This document shows positions 1 to 8,728 of a stretch of DNA of 64,000 bases, piece by piece. Positions within the stretch are counted from its first letter, which is position 1. Every line of letters starts with the position of its first letter. Origin of the DNA: Thermodesulfobacteriota bacterium (GTDB taxonomy: Bacteria; Desulfobacterota; Binatia; Bin18); assembly GCA_964291405.2 (NCBI GenBank), contig OZ219926.1, positions 3,392,001-3,456,000 on the forward strand, in the 5' to 3' direction. The position numbers and the translations under genes were made by a program. The notes beneath the pieces were generated by a model. The model searched no databases. It was not told where the DNA came from and was given only the letters and a program-made list of their open reading frames with translations.

Positions 1-248
1 AGGGTTTCTCGCCTGCCGCGGACGCAGCGTTGAAGCACGTACCTGAGGGAAATATTCAAAAAGCAGCAGAGGCTATGACCGACGAAGTGGTCGATACCGT
101 TACCATCGCCGGGACCCCCGAAGAATGCCGCCGCCGTCTGGCCGAGTATGAAGGCGTGGTGGACGAGGTGATTTTCGTCAACGTGTCCTACGCGTCGGGA
201 GCGGGCGCGGGCATGATGGAGGGGTATCGGAAACTCATTCAGCTGTAG
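1..248 (+). CDS. LLM-class flavin/F420-dependent oxidoreductase, C-terminal part (5' end cut by window edge)
   Basis: 'TDEVVDTVTIAGTPEECRRRLAEY..GVVDEVI' is a typical LLM/Mer-family C-terminus; stop TAG ends at 248. Confidence 0.75.
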   Translation, partial: GFSPAADAALKHVPEGNIQKAAEAMTDEVVDTVTIAGTPEECRRRLAEYEGVVDEVIFVNVSYASGAGAGMMEGYRKLIQL

Positions 249-319
249 TATCTCTTCTGCCGACTCAAGGCTTTTACAGCTACAGCCTCTGCGACGTCCC
301 AGCCTGGAGGCGCGTGGAT

Positions 320-1057
320 TTACATATCCGTGGCCAGGCTGGCCAAAGAGCCGGAGCGGGGGAGGGCGATCCAACCTTCCCGTTTGGCGGCCGCCATATG
401 TTTCCGCGGAATGGGTTCGATCTGATCTGTGGCCGCAGCCCGAGCGACAAGAGCGGCCACGACCGCATCAAAAGTGTCGTCGCTTTTCTCGCACGCCCGT
501 TGCGCGTCAACCGGCCAGTCCAGCCAGGTTTTTGTGGCGGTAATCAAACGGCGCGTCACCACGTGTCGTTTTTCCTCGCCCGGTTTCTTCTTGTAGCCGG
601 TGGAAGGGAAACCCCAGATATGCAGAGCGGCGGCGGGATACACCTCAACAAAGCGACCACGGCCACTGCGATCGATCCGTCCGTTCTCAGAGAGTAAGCG
701 GGCGGCGCGCATAGCCGTGACGCCGATCAGGTCCGATGACACGCTCAACGGCCAGCGCTTGATGCGCTCACGCACAATGTGATCCGTCGTCCGGTATCTG
801 AGCGAAGCGGTAGAGACGGCGGGCCACACGTTCCGACGCTGGTGCGCATAAACGGCATCCGCGAATGCGGTCGGCCAGCCGAACGGGGCGTCAATGCCGA
901 TCTTGTCCGAGCGGCCAAACATCTCCAGCAGGACCGCGTCGTCCGCTCCACAATGAAGCTCAATGATCCGAGCTTTCGGCTTGACCCATTTGATGAGGCA
1001 ATACGCCGTGTTCTCCGGCTGCGCCGCCAAATCGACGCCGAGCGTCGTGTGTGGCAT
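320..1057 (-). CDS. DUF429 domain protein (predicted RNase H-fold nuclease)
   Basis: Motifs LGVDLA, IGIDAPFGWP, R-x-T-D, VEVYPAA, D-x-x-DA and EGWI-x-LP; AGAGG RBS upstream. Confidence 0.8.
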   Translation of the reverse strand: MPHTTLGVDLAAQPENTAYCLIKWVKPKARIIELHCGADDAVLLEMFGRSDKIGIDAPFGWPTAFADAVYAHQRRNVWPAVSTASLRYRTTDHIVRERIKRWPLSVSSDLIGVTAMRAARLLSENGRIDRSGRGRFVEVYPAAALHIWGFPSTGYKKKPGEEKRHVVTRRLITATKTWLDWPVDAQRACEKSDDTFDAVVAALVARAAATDQIEPIPRKHMAAAKREGWIALPRSGSLASLATDM

Positions 1058-1096
1058 TCGGACACCTCTCGAAAACGTACTTCAGCGACGCGGCGA

Positions 1097-1384
1097 CTAC
1101 TCTTTCGTTCGTATGGCGCGAAGATACGTTTGCCTGGAGCAACGCCTGATATACGCGACCTCTACCGTGTCGTCCGAAACGATCCGATAGATAACCCGGT
1201 ATCTGTTCTTTGCTACCAAGAGTGCTCGGTACCCTTCAAAGGCATCGAACATAGCCGGGCCCATGAAGGGGAATTCTCCGAGGAGTTCCAGCTTATTGAT
1301 GATCTGGTTCTGGATCGGAGAAGGCAGGGCTTCGAGTTCTTTGACGGCGCGGGGAAGAAGTTTAACCTTTCTGTCCACTCCCAC
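1097..1384 (-). CDS. Type II TA toxin, RelE/ParE family
   Basis: 95 aa with 'AVKELEALP...I...LE.L..FP' and 'YRVIYRI'; overlaps the 3' end of the antitoxin gene. Confidence 0.85.
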   Translation of the reverse strand: MGVDRKVKLLPRAVKELEALPSPIQNQIINKLELLGEFPFMGPAMFDAFEGYRALLVAKNRYRVIYRIVSDDTVEVAYIRRCSRQTYLRAIRTKE

Positions 1385-1658
1385 GCTCTTTTCTGGTCCG
1401 TCGTGTTTTGAATTCAGCGAGGTCTATACTCTTACCGGCCTGAGAGTCGCGTTCGGCTTCCGCCAGCCGTTCCCGCCAGTCAGGTTGGCTCATCTCCTCT
1501 AACGTTGCAACCATCCCGGCGTAGTCTTCGTAGTTGACGAGCAAGGCCGCAGGCCGGCCTCTTTGCGTAATCACGACCGGATCCCGTGTATTCTTCACGC
1601 GCTCAACAATTTTCTTGGCCTGACTCTGGAGGTCCGAGATCGGAACGATTGTTTCCAT
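1362..1658 (-). CDS. Type II TA antitoxin, Phd/YefM family
   Basis: From ATG 1658: METIVPISDL...PVVITQRGRPAALLVNYEDY, the Phd/YefM signature. Confidence 0.88.
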   Translation of the reverse strand: METIVPISDLQSQAKKIVERVKNTRDPVVITQRGRPAALLVNYEDYAGMVATLEEMSQPDWRERLAEAERDSQAGKSIDLAEFKTRRTRKERGSGQKG

Positions 1659-1667
1659 GAGGATATT

Positions 1668-1697
1668 TATAGGCTTATATATATGGATAAGTCTATA
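1668..1697. promoter_or_regulatory. AT-rich inverted repeat, probable TA autoregulatory operator
   Basis: TATAGGCTTAT-N8-ATAAGTCTATA (1 mismatch), 9 bp upstream of the antitoxin ATG. Confidence 0.6.
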
Positions 1698-1726
1698 GCC
1701 AAGTAAATGGATATTCTGGAGAAAAG

Positions 1727-1755
1727 TCGGCAAGGGGCTCCGAGCCCCTTGCCGA
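1727..1755 (-). terminator. Intrinsic terminator hairpin
   Basis: Perfect inverted repeat TCGGCAAGGGGCTC-C-GAGCCCCTTGCCGA followed by CTTTT on the minus strand, just after the CMD gene stop. Confidence 0.7.
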
Positions 1756-1761
1756 TGCCCG

Positions 1762-2142
1762 CTACTCGCTCTTGGCTTTCTTCTCGTCGATGCTGTCGAA
1801 CACCTGTTTGGCGATGCGCAGGCCGTTAACGCCGACCGGCCAGCCGCCGTAGTGGGCCAGATGGATCATGATCTCGTTGATCTTGTCCCGGCTGATGCCG
1901 ATGTTGAGCGCGCCGCGGATGTGAACCTTGAGTTCCGGGTCACGGCCCAGCACGGTCAGGGCGGCCATGGTAATCATTGAGCGCTCTTGAATGGCCAAGC
2001 CGTCCCGACCCCAAATATCGCCGAACAGATTCTTTACTGTGATATCCAAAAAATCTTCGTGCATGCTGCCCGGTCGGGGTTCCACACCGAAGAGTTCCTT
2101 CATCTTTGCCGCACCTTTTTGATAGCGTTCGGAATCTGCCAT
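1762..2142 (-). CDS. Carboxymuconolactone decarboxylase (CMD/AhpD-like) family protein
   Basis: Motifs 'FGDIWGRDGL...RSMIT', 'ELKVHIRGALNIG' and 'HLAHYGGWP'. Confidence 0.88.
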   Translation of the reverse strand: MADSERYQKGAAKMKELFGVEPRPGSMHEDFLDITVKNLFGDIWGRDGLAIQERSMITMAALTVLGRDPELKVHIRGALNIGISRDKINEIMIHLAHYGGWPVGVNGLRIAKQVFDSIDEKKAKSE

Positions 2143-2260
2143 ATTCGCCTCCTTCTCCTGTAAGATGTACCTGCTGGACCCTTGCCCGGCAGGGGTCCGT
2201 TGTCTAGTATCAGACCGGCTGTTCTGTCGTCAAAACAGCACGACTGAAAGATAGTGTCTG

Positions 2261-2581
2261 ATGTCTCTCGAAATCACCGTTTACGAACTCCAGGCGAAGC
2301 GAAACGCAGGTGAAGACTTTGTGCTGCTCGATGTCCGCGAAGCCGAAGAAGTGGCGCTGGTGCAGCTCCCGCACTCGGTCCATATCCCAATGGGCGATAT
2401 CCCCAGCCGTTTGCCCGAACTCGACCCTGAGGCCGAGATTGTGGTCTACTGCCACCACGGGGTGCGGAGTCTGCGCGTAGTCCACTTCCTGCGCCAACAC
2501 GACTTCGCGCGGGCCGTCAATCTGGCGGGCGGGATAGACGCCTGGGCCAACGAGATCGACCCCCGTATGGCCCGATACTAA
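2261..2581 (+). CDS. Rhodanese-like domain protein (sulfurtransferase)
   Basis: Motifs LLDVRE, VVYCHHGVRS and NLAGGIDAW. Confidence 0.9.
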   Translation: MSLEITVYELQAKRNAGEDFVLLDVREAEEVALVQLPHSVHIPMGDIPSRLPELDPEAEIVVYCHHGVRSLRVVHFLRQHDFARAVNLAGGIDAWANEIDPRMARY

Positions 2582-2604
2582 ATCTGTAGTGAGATAGGAA
2601 CACT

Positions 2605-3840
2605 ATGAGCGAACATCCTTCCTCCATGCCTGATCCCCAGGCCCCAGGCCCCCTGCATGGTATCCGCGTGGTTGAATGTGGTCATATGGTCGCGGCTGCG
2701 TATGCGGGCAAGCTGATGGCTGACCTTGGCGCGGAGGTAATCAAAGTCGAAGAACCGGGCGGCGACCTCGCCCGGCAGCGCGGACCCTATCCAGGGAATA
2801 CCCCCCATCCCGAAAAGAGCGGGCTGTTTCTGTATCTGAATACGAATAAGCGCGGGGTGACGCTGGACCTGGAGACGGCAAAAGGCCGAGAGTTGTTCCA
2901 GCGACTGATCAAGGACGCGGATGTCGTGGTCCATAATTATCATCCCACCCAGATCGCCTCCCTTGGTTTGGAGTATGAGGCCCTGGCCCAGCACAATCCC
3001 GAGTTAGTGGTGACCTCGATTTCACCCTTTGGGCAAACCGGCCCGCACCGGGAGTACACCGCGCACGACTTAACCATGTGGACTGCGGGTGGCATTGCCT
3101 TTCTGGGTGGAGCGGGCGGACGACCGGACCTGCCGCCCCTCAAGGCCGCCGGTCAACAGGCGGGATTCCAGGCCGGGGTCAACGCCGGTATCGCCTCGCT
3201 GGGGGCCCTGTACGCCCGACTCGGGACGGGCAGGGGCCAGCACATCGACATCTCGGTCCAAGAGTGTCTGGTCGCCATTATGGAGAATAACTATATTGCC
3301 TGGCCGTACGATCAGACGACGCCGTCGCGGCTGGGCTTTCGGTTGATTCCCCAGGACGTCCTGCCCTGCCGCGACGGCTATATTTATGTGCTCGCGGTCG
3401 AAGAGCATCAGTGGCAGAACGCGGTTGAGTTGATGGGCAATCCAGAATGGGCGGACACCGAGCTCTTCCAGGATTTTTTGGCTCGCTCGGTCAACTGGGA
3501 CGCCCTGAAAGCGTTGCTGGAAGACTGGTTGCAGGACAAGTCGGTCCAAGAGGTCTACCACGGAGCGCAGAAACGGCGCGTGCCTTTTGCGCCGGTTTCG
3601 ACCATGGGCGACCTGCTCAAATCCGACCATCTCAACGCGCGGGGCTTTTTTGTCGAGATCGGGCATCCAGAAGCCGGCTCTCTTCGCTATCCGGGGTCGC
3701 CGTTCAAATTTGCCGCCTCGCCGTGGACCCTGCGCAGTCCGGCCCCGTGCCTGGGCCAGCACAATGAGGAGGTCTACGGCGGGCAACTCGGGATTGCGCC
3801 GGAAGAATTGCAGTCGTTGCAAGAAACGCAGGTGATTTGA
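2605..3840 (+). CDS. Class III CoA-transferase (CaiB/BaiF), probably a non-catalytic BbsE-like subunit
   Basis: 'LMADLGAEVIKVE', 'NTNKRGVTLDL', C-terminal 'APCLGQHN'; Gly at the position expected for the catalytic Asp. Confidence 0.88.
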   Translation: MSEHPSSMPDPQAPGPLHGIRVVECGHMVAAAYAGKLMADLGAEVIKVEEPGGDLARQRGPYPGNTPHPEKSGLFLYLNTNKRGVTLDLETAKGRELFQRLIKDADVVVHNYHPTQIASLGLEYEALAQHNPELVVTSISPFGQTGPHREYTAHDLTMWTAGGIAFLGGAGGRPDLPPLKAAGQQAGFQAGVNAGIASLGALYARLGTGRGQHIDISVQECLVAIMENNYIAWPYDQTTPSRLGFRLIPQDVLPCRDGYIYVLAVEEHQWQNAVELMGNPEWADTELFQDFLARSVNWDALKALLEDWLQDKSVQEVYHGAQKRRVPFAPVSTMGDLLKSDHLNARGFFVEIGHPEAGSLRYPGSPFKFAASPWTLRSPAPCLGQHNEEVYGGQLGIAPEELQSLQETQVI

Positions 3841-3842
3841 TT

Positions 3843-3866
3843 TGGGGATTGGGAACTGGGGATTGG
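3843..3866 (+). repeat. Short tandem heptamer-like repeat
   Basis: TGGGGAT TGGGAAC TGGGGAT TGG in the intergenic gap between the two CoA-transferase genes. Confidence 0.45.
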
Positions 3867-3922
3867 CAAGGAGACGTTCCCCGGATCTCTCACTAAGAAG
3901 CGTATGTACGAAGGTATGAAGA

Positions 3923-5143
3923 ATGATGTCTGAGCAATTACCGTTATCGGGTGTTCGTGTTGCCGATTTTACCTGGGTGTGGGCTGGGCCGTTCTGTACC
4001 TTGCAACTGGCCCATCTGGGAGCCGAGGTCATTCGGATCGAGTCGGAGAGCCGCCTGTGTGTCACGCGGCGTATTCCACCGGTTGCCGACGGGGAAGCCG
4101 GGCCGAACCGCTGTGGGTATTTTAATCAGTACAACCAGGGCAAACACTCGATATGCCTCAATCTCAAAAAGCCGGAGGGTCTGGAGGTCGCAAAAAAGCT
4201 GGTTGCAGCCAGCGATATCGTTGCTGAGAATTTTGCCGCGGGTGTAATGGACCGGATGGGCCTGGGATACGAAACCCTCAAAACGATAAAGCCCGATATC
4301 ATCATGATTGCGCTCTCCGGCTATGGCGCGACCGGACCGGAAAGCCCGTATGTATCCTATGGTCCGGCCCAGGTGCCGATGAGCGGGCTGGCCTCCCTGA
4401 CGGGCTTTCCCGACTCCCCCCCGATGAGCGTCGGGTTTTCTTATGGCGACCCGAACGGCGGGCTGCACGGCGCTTTTGCCGTGTTGGCCGCGATGATGCA
4501 TCGCGCCCGGACTGGGGAGGGGCAGTATATTGACATGTCGCAGTGGGAGACCTCGGTGGCTCTCGTGGGCGAAGGGATCATGGCCCAGGAAATGAACGGC
4601 GCCGCACCCCAGCGGATGGGCAATCGCGACCCGTATATGGCTCCGCATGGCCTGTTCCGCTGTCAGGGGGAAGACCGCTGGGTCAGTATTGTGGCGGCGA
4701 ACGACGACGAGTGGCAGCGGCTGTGTGCGGTCATGGAGAAGCCGGACCTGGCCAGTGATGCTCGGTTTGCGACGCTGGCAGATCGGAAGGACAACGAAGA
4801 TGCCCTCGAATCCGCTGTCACGGACTGGACTGCCACGCGGTCTGCGGAAGAGGTCACCCGCACGCTCCAGGCGGCGGGTTTGGCCGCCTTTCCGGCCGTG
4901 ACCAATAAGGAATTGGCCGAAGACGAGCACCTGCGCTCCCGCCCCTTCTTTGCCGAGCTTGAGCACCCGGAGGTCGGTGTGCGGCAACATGCCGGCATCC
5001 CGTGGCACTTCTCGTATACTCCGTGTCAGGTCCGCCGGCCCGCACCCTGTTTTGGCCAGGATACCGAGAGTGTGTTACAGCGCGTGCTGGGGTATTCAGT
5101 AGACGAAGTCGCCACCCTCAAGGACAACGGGGTCTTAAGCTGA
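3923..5143 (+). CDS. Class III CoA-transferase (CaiB/BaiF), catalytic BbsF-like subunit
   Basis: 'DFTWVWAGP', 'LGAEVIRIE', 'SYGDPNGG' (catalytic Asp retained), 'APCFGQDT'. Confidence 0.9.
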   Translation: MMSEQLPLSGVRVADFTWVWAGPFCTLQLAHLGAEVIRIESESRLCVTRRIPPVADGEAGPNRCGYFNQYNQGKHSICLNLKKPEGLEVAKKLVAASDIVAENFAAGVMDRMGLGYETLKTIKPDIIMIALSGYGATGPESPYVSYGPAQVPMSGLASLTGFPDSPPMSVGFSYGDPNGGLHGAFAVLAAMMHRARTGEGQYIDMSQWETSVALVGEGIMAQEMNGAAPQRMGNRDPYMAPHGLFRCQGEDRWVSIVAANDDEWQRLCAVMEKPDLASDARFATLADRKDNEDALESAVTDWTATRSAEEVTRTLQAAGLAAFPAVTNKELAEDEHLRSRPFFAELEHPEVGVRQHAGIPWHFSYTPCQVRRPAPCFGQDTESVLQRVLGYSVDEVATLKDNGVLS

Positions 5144-5174
5144 GGGCGATTGGTTTCCTCTGAAGGACCATCCT

Positions 5175-5597
5175 ATGCGCTTTCCTCTCCGTCTTCTCTT
5201 TTTTCTGGTTGGATTTCTCCTGATGCACGGGGGAGGTCCGATCCACGCCCAGCATGGTGGTCTGGCTATGGAGCTGTACGGGACGATCAGCTTGGCGCCG
5301 GGCAGTCAGGTCGTGACGCTGGCTGTAGGAAAAGGAGAGACGCTGCGGTTTCGGGTCCAGGATATAGAGAGCCGCTATACTGATTTCTCGGTAATCAATT
5401 TTCTGTCCGAAATTCGTCATCGTGAGCCGAGTCTATATATCAAGGGTCCGGCGCATTATGTGGACCTGTTACGCAAGGAAGAGCCCGAAAAACGTCTGCT
5501 TCGGCTCACCGGCTTATACTATTCGAGCGCTCGCAATTTCGTGCTGAGCCGGGTGCGGCCGGTCCGGCCGGGCGAGCAAAACGAGCGAAACTTCTAA
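5175..5597 (+). CDS. Hypothetical exported protein
   Basis: N-terminal signal-peptide-like stretch ending IHA; AAGGA RBS; co-oriented with neighbours. Confidence 0.65.
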   Translation: MRFPLRLLFFLVGFLLMHGGGPIHAQHGGLAMELYGTISLAPGSQVVTLAVGKGETLRFRVQDIESRYTDFSVINFLSEIRHREPSLYIKGPAHYVDLLRKEEPEKRLLRLTGLYYSSARNFVLSRVRPVRPGEQNERNF

Positions 5598-5688
5598 GCC
5601 TCGATATCAGAGGACTACACGATATTAGCGAGATATCGAAGCGCGGCGTCCCCTGTTTGCTATGCCACTGATGAAGGAGGGCGGTCGG

Positions 5689-6426
5689 ATGGGCGAACAA
5701 AAGAAAGCGATTGTGGTCGGCGTCGGAGCCGAAGTCGGGGTTGGCGGGGCGGTCTGCCACCGCTTGGCGCGTGAGGGCCTGCACGTGTTTATTGCAGGGC
5801 GCACTCAGGAAAGGCTGGAGCAGCTCGCGCGGAACATTCGGGCTAGGGGTGGAGTCGCAACCGGAGTGGTGACGGATACCACGCAGGAGCCTGATGTCCT
5901 CCGCTTGTTTGATACTGTGGAAAACCAGGGCGACGGTGTACTGGACTGCGTGGTGTATAACGCGGGCAATAATTTCCCTAAGCCGCTACTGGAGACCGAA
6001 GCCGAGTTCTTTGAGATGGTCTGGCGGGTGGGCTGCTTGGGGGGCTTTCTGGTCGGTCGGGAAGCTGGTCGGCGCATGATCCCCCGCGGACGGGGAACTA
6101 TTATCTTTACCGGTGCGACCGCCTCGATTAAGGGCCGCCCGCCGTTCGGTTCTTTTGCATCAGCCAAAGCGGCCCTGCGTTCTCTGTCGCAAACCATGGC
6201 GCGCGACTGGGGACCGCAGGGGATACATGTGGCACATGTGATTATCGATGGCGGTATTAACGGCGACCTGCTGAACACCCGTCGCCCGCAGCTCAAAGAG
6301 CAGCGCGGGGAAGACGGTCTGTTGGACGTTGACGCTATTGCCGATACCTATTGGCATCTCTATACCCAGGATAAAACCGCCTGGGCTCAGGAAATCGACC
6401 TACGACCGTATAAAGAGACGTTCTAA
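5689..6426 (+). CDS. SDR family oxidoreductase
   Basis: G-rich 'VVGVGAEVGVG', YNAG, TGATAS, and F-x3-K (atypical for YxxxK); AAGGAGG before ATG 5689. Confidence 0.9.
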   Translation: MGEQKKAIVVGVGAEVGVGGAVCHRLAREGLHVFIAGRTQERLEQLARNIRARGGVATGVVTDTTQEPDVLRLFDTVENQGDGVLDCVVYNAGNNFPKPLLETEAEFFEMVWRVGCLGGFLVGREAGRRMIPRGRGTIIFTGATASIKGRPPFGSFASAKAALRSLSQTMARDWGPQGIHVAHVIIDGGINGDLLNTRRPQLKEQRGEDGLLDVDAIADTYWHLYTQDKTAWAQEIDLRPYKETF

Positions 6427-6461
6427 GCGTGGGTCGGTCGGGGCCGAAAGAAGGGGAACGT

Positions 6462-7499
6462 ATGGATTTTGGGTTACTGTTGCCGTTTCGAAATCCGAAA
6501 CAATGGGAAGTGCCGTTTCCGCAGCTATACCAGGAGCATATCGAGCAGGCGGTCCTGGCCGAGGAGTTGGGCTACGATCATATCTGGACGACCGAGCATC
6601 ATTTTGCGGACGACGCCTGGTCGCCCTCCCTGCTGCCGATCCTGTCCGCCATGGCTATGAAAACCAGCCGCATTCGGCTTGGGACCTATATTATCGTCCT
6701 GCCCCTGCATAACCCGGTTCGGGTCGCGGAAGATGCAGCAACCGTTGACATCCTCTCCAACGGTCGGCTTGACCTGGGTCTCGGCCAGGGCTACTGGCTG
6801 AGCGAATTCGCCAGCTTCGGTATTCCGCGCAAAGAGCGCGCGGCACGACTCGAAGAAGGAACCGAGATTATCCGGCGTTGCTTTACCGAGGACAGCTTCT
6901 CTTTTGAAGGTAAGCACTACAATCTGCGCGAAGTGATCCTGGCTCCCAAGCCCGTACAAAAACCCCACCCGCCGATCTGGATCGCGGCGATGGCGGAGAA
7001 ATCAGTCGCCCGGGCCGCGAGACTGGGCTATCACCTGGGCGGCAGTGGCGGGGCTGACTTGCAGCAAATGTATGATTCCGGACTCCAGCAGCATGGCCGC
7101 AATACGGACGATTATCATATTGCCCAACTGCGGGCGGTCTATGTGGCCGAGAGTCGAGAGCAGGCCTGGGACGACGTGGAACCGCATCTGTACTATATGA
7201 TGAGTTCCTATGACCGGCGCTTTAAGGAGGCTGACGACCTGCCCTGGAGCGACTCGGTCATGTCCACCCCCACGGTGCCACCGGTGGGTGAGTTGCGTCA
7301 CGTCAAGGACCTGTCTTTTTTCCAAGCGCCGCTCATTGTCGGTACTCCGGACGACGCCATTCAGGAGATTAAGCGCTACAGCGCGGAAACACGCGTCACC
7401 CATCTGGTGATGTGGATGCAGATGGCGGGGCTTGATCCGAAAAAATCACAGCGTTCAATGGAGCTGTTTGCCAAAGAGGTCATGCCGCATTTTCGGTAG
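6462..7499 (+). CDS. LLM-class flavin-dependent oxidoreductase
   Basis: 'AEELGYDHIWTTEHHF', 'NPVRVAED.ATVD.LS.GR', 'PKPVQKPHPP'. Confidence 0.92.
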   Translation: MDFGLLLPFRNPKQWEVPFPQLYQEHIEQAVLAEELGYDHIWTTEHHFADDAWSPSLLPILSAMAMKTSRIRLGTYIIVLPLHNPVRVAEDAATVDILSNGRLDLGLGQGYWLSEFASFGIPRKERAARLEEGTEIIRRCFTEDSFSFEGKHYNLREVILAPKPVQKPHPPIWIAAMAEKSVARAARLGYHLGGSGGADLQQMYDSGLQQHGRNTDDYHIAQLRAVYVAESREQAWDDVEPHLYYMMSSYDRRFKEADDLPWSDSVMSTPTVPPVGELRHVKDLSFFQAPLIVGTPDDAIQEIKRYSAETRVTHLVMWMQMAGLDPKKSQRSMELFAKEVMPHFR

Positions 7500-7514
7500 G
7501 AGGGGGTCCGTCTT

Positions 7515-8663
7515 ATGCCGTCCATCGCACGTGTCGCCGGTTTCTGTGATCCGGCATTCAAGGCCGTCCGCGAGGCGCTTGAGCAAAACTTGGCCGATGG
7601 CAAGGAAATTGGCGAGTGTGTGGCCGTTGTCGTGAATGGGAAGACGGTTGTTGATCTGTGGGGTGGGTATAAGGATCGAGCACGGACGCAGTCCTGGGAG
7701 CGGGATACCCTCGTGTGCATGTTCTCGGTCGGAAAGCCGCTCTCCATCCTGCCGGTGTTGATCCTCGCCGATCAGGGTCGGATTGACCTGGGCCAGCCCG
7801 TCTCCCGCTACTGGCCAGAGTTTGGTCAAGCGGGCAAAGAGCACATTACCGTCAACCACGTGATTTCCCACCAGGCGGCTATCCCCGGTGCGCTCAAGGC
7901 TCGAAAAGGCGATGCCTACCATTGGGGAAACATGGTCCGGGCTGTCGAGGAACAAGAGCCGTTATGGGAGCCCGGCACGAGTGGGTGCTATCATACGGTT
8001 AGCCTGGGCTATCTGACCGGCGAGTTGGTGCGACGCGTCACCGGAAGGACCATCGGCCAATTCTGGCGTGAGGAAATAGGTCTGCCGCTCAACATCGACT
8101 ATCATTTTGGTCTGTCTGCGGCGGATCAGCAGCGTTGTGCGGAAATCTACGAAGCTCCTCACGGACCGTTTATGGATGCGATCCGGGATACGAACACCCT
8201 CCTCGGTAAATGCTGGGTTCCATTGCCGTTACAGGACCACGAAGAGGATTTTAACAGCGAATTATACCGGGCTACGGAGATGCCGTCTTTTAACGGCCAG
8301 GGTGTCGCCCGTGGCGTTGCCCGATTGTTTTGCATCCTGGCCTGTGGCGGCGAACTTGAGGGCTCGCGTCTGCTCAGCCAGGCTCTGGTTGACCATGCCA
8401 TGACCGAGGCGTGGTATCAGACCGACGCGCTTGGGCTAACGTGCCGGATGTCCAACGGTGGCTTTATGCTGCGCAACTCCGAGTTGACCTCGTATAACCA
8501 CAATCCCAGATCGTTTGGGCATCTAGGTCTGGGTGGTGCCATCGCCTTTGGCGACCCGGACGCCAAACTGGGCTTTAGCTTTTGTGGTAATCGCATGGCG
8601 CCAATAGGCGACCTTGGGCCGTATGCGAGCCGGTTGCTACAGGCGACAGCAGCCTCACTGTGA
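7515..8663 (+). CDS. Serine hydrolase, beta-lactamase-like (family VIII esterase type)
   Basis: SxxK (FSVGK), 'YWPEFGQAGK', 'W.PG...YH', 'FGH.G.GG', 'DP..KL'. Confidence 0.88.
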   Translation: MPSIARVAGFCDPAFKAVREALEQNLADGKEIGECVAVVVNGKTVVDLWGGYKDRARTQSWERDTLVCMFSVGKPLSILPVLILADQGRIDLGQPVSRYWPEFGQAGKEHITVNHVISHQAAIPGALKARKGDAYHWGNMVRAVEEQEPLWEPGTSGCYHTVSLGYLTGELVRRVTGRTIGQFWREEIGLPLNIDYHFGLSAADQQRCAEIYEAPHGPFMDAIRDTNTLLGKCWVPLPLQDHEEDFNSELYRATEMPSFNGQGVARGVARLFCILACGGELEGSRLLSQALVDHAMTEAWYQTDALGLTCRMSNGGFMLRNSELTSYNHNPRSFGHLGLGGAIAFGDPDAKLGFSFCGNRMAPIGDLGPYASRLLQATAASL

Positions 8664-8728
8664 GGCTGCTGTGAGAGAGGAGCGAGAGCCCGGATAGGGA
8701 TCAGCTCCGGTCATTCTTTTTCGGTCGT

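Noticed and set aside
3070-5008. Long antisense ORFs here and elsewhere (e.g. 9440-10393, 12152-13117, 16211-17212, 19669-20556)
   Set aside because: They are shadow frames opposite well-supported genes in GC-rich DNA and carry no recognisable motifs.
7515-8663. Beta-lactam resistance gene
   Set aside because: The motifs fit family VIII esterase-like serine hydrolases; there is no signal peptide and the context is catabolic.
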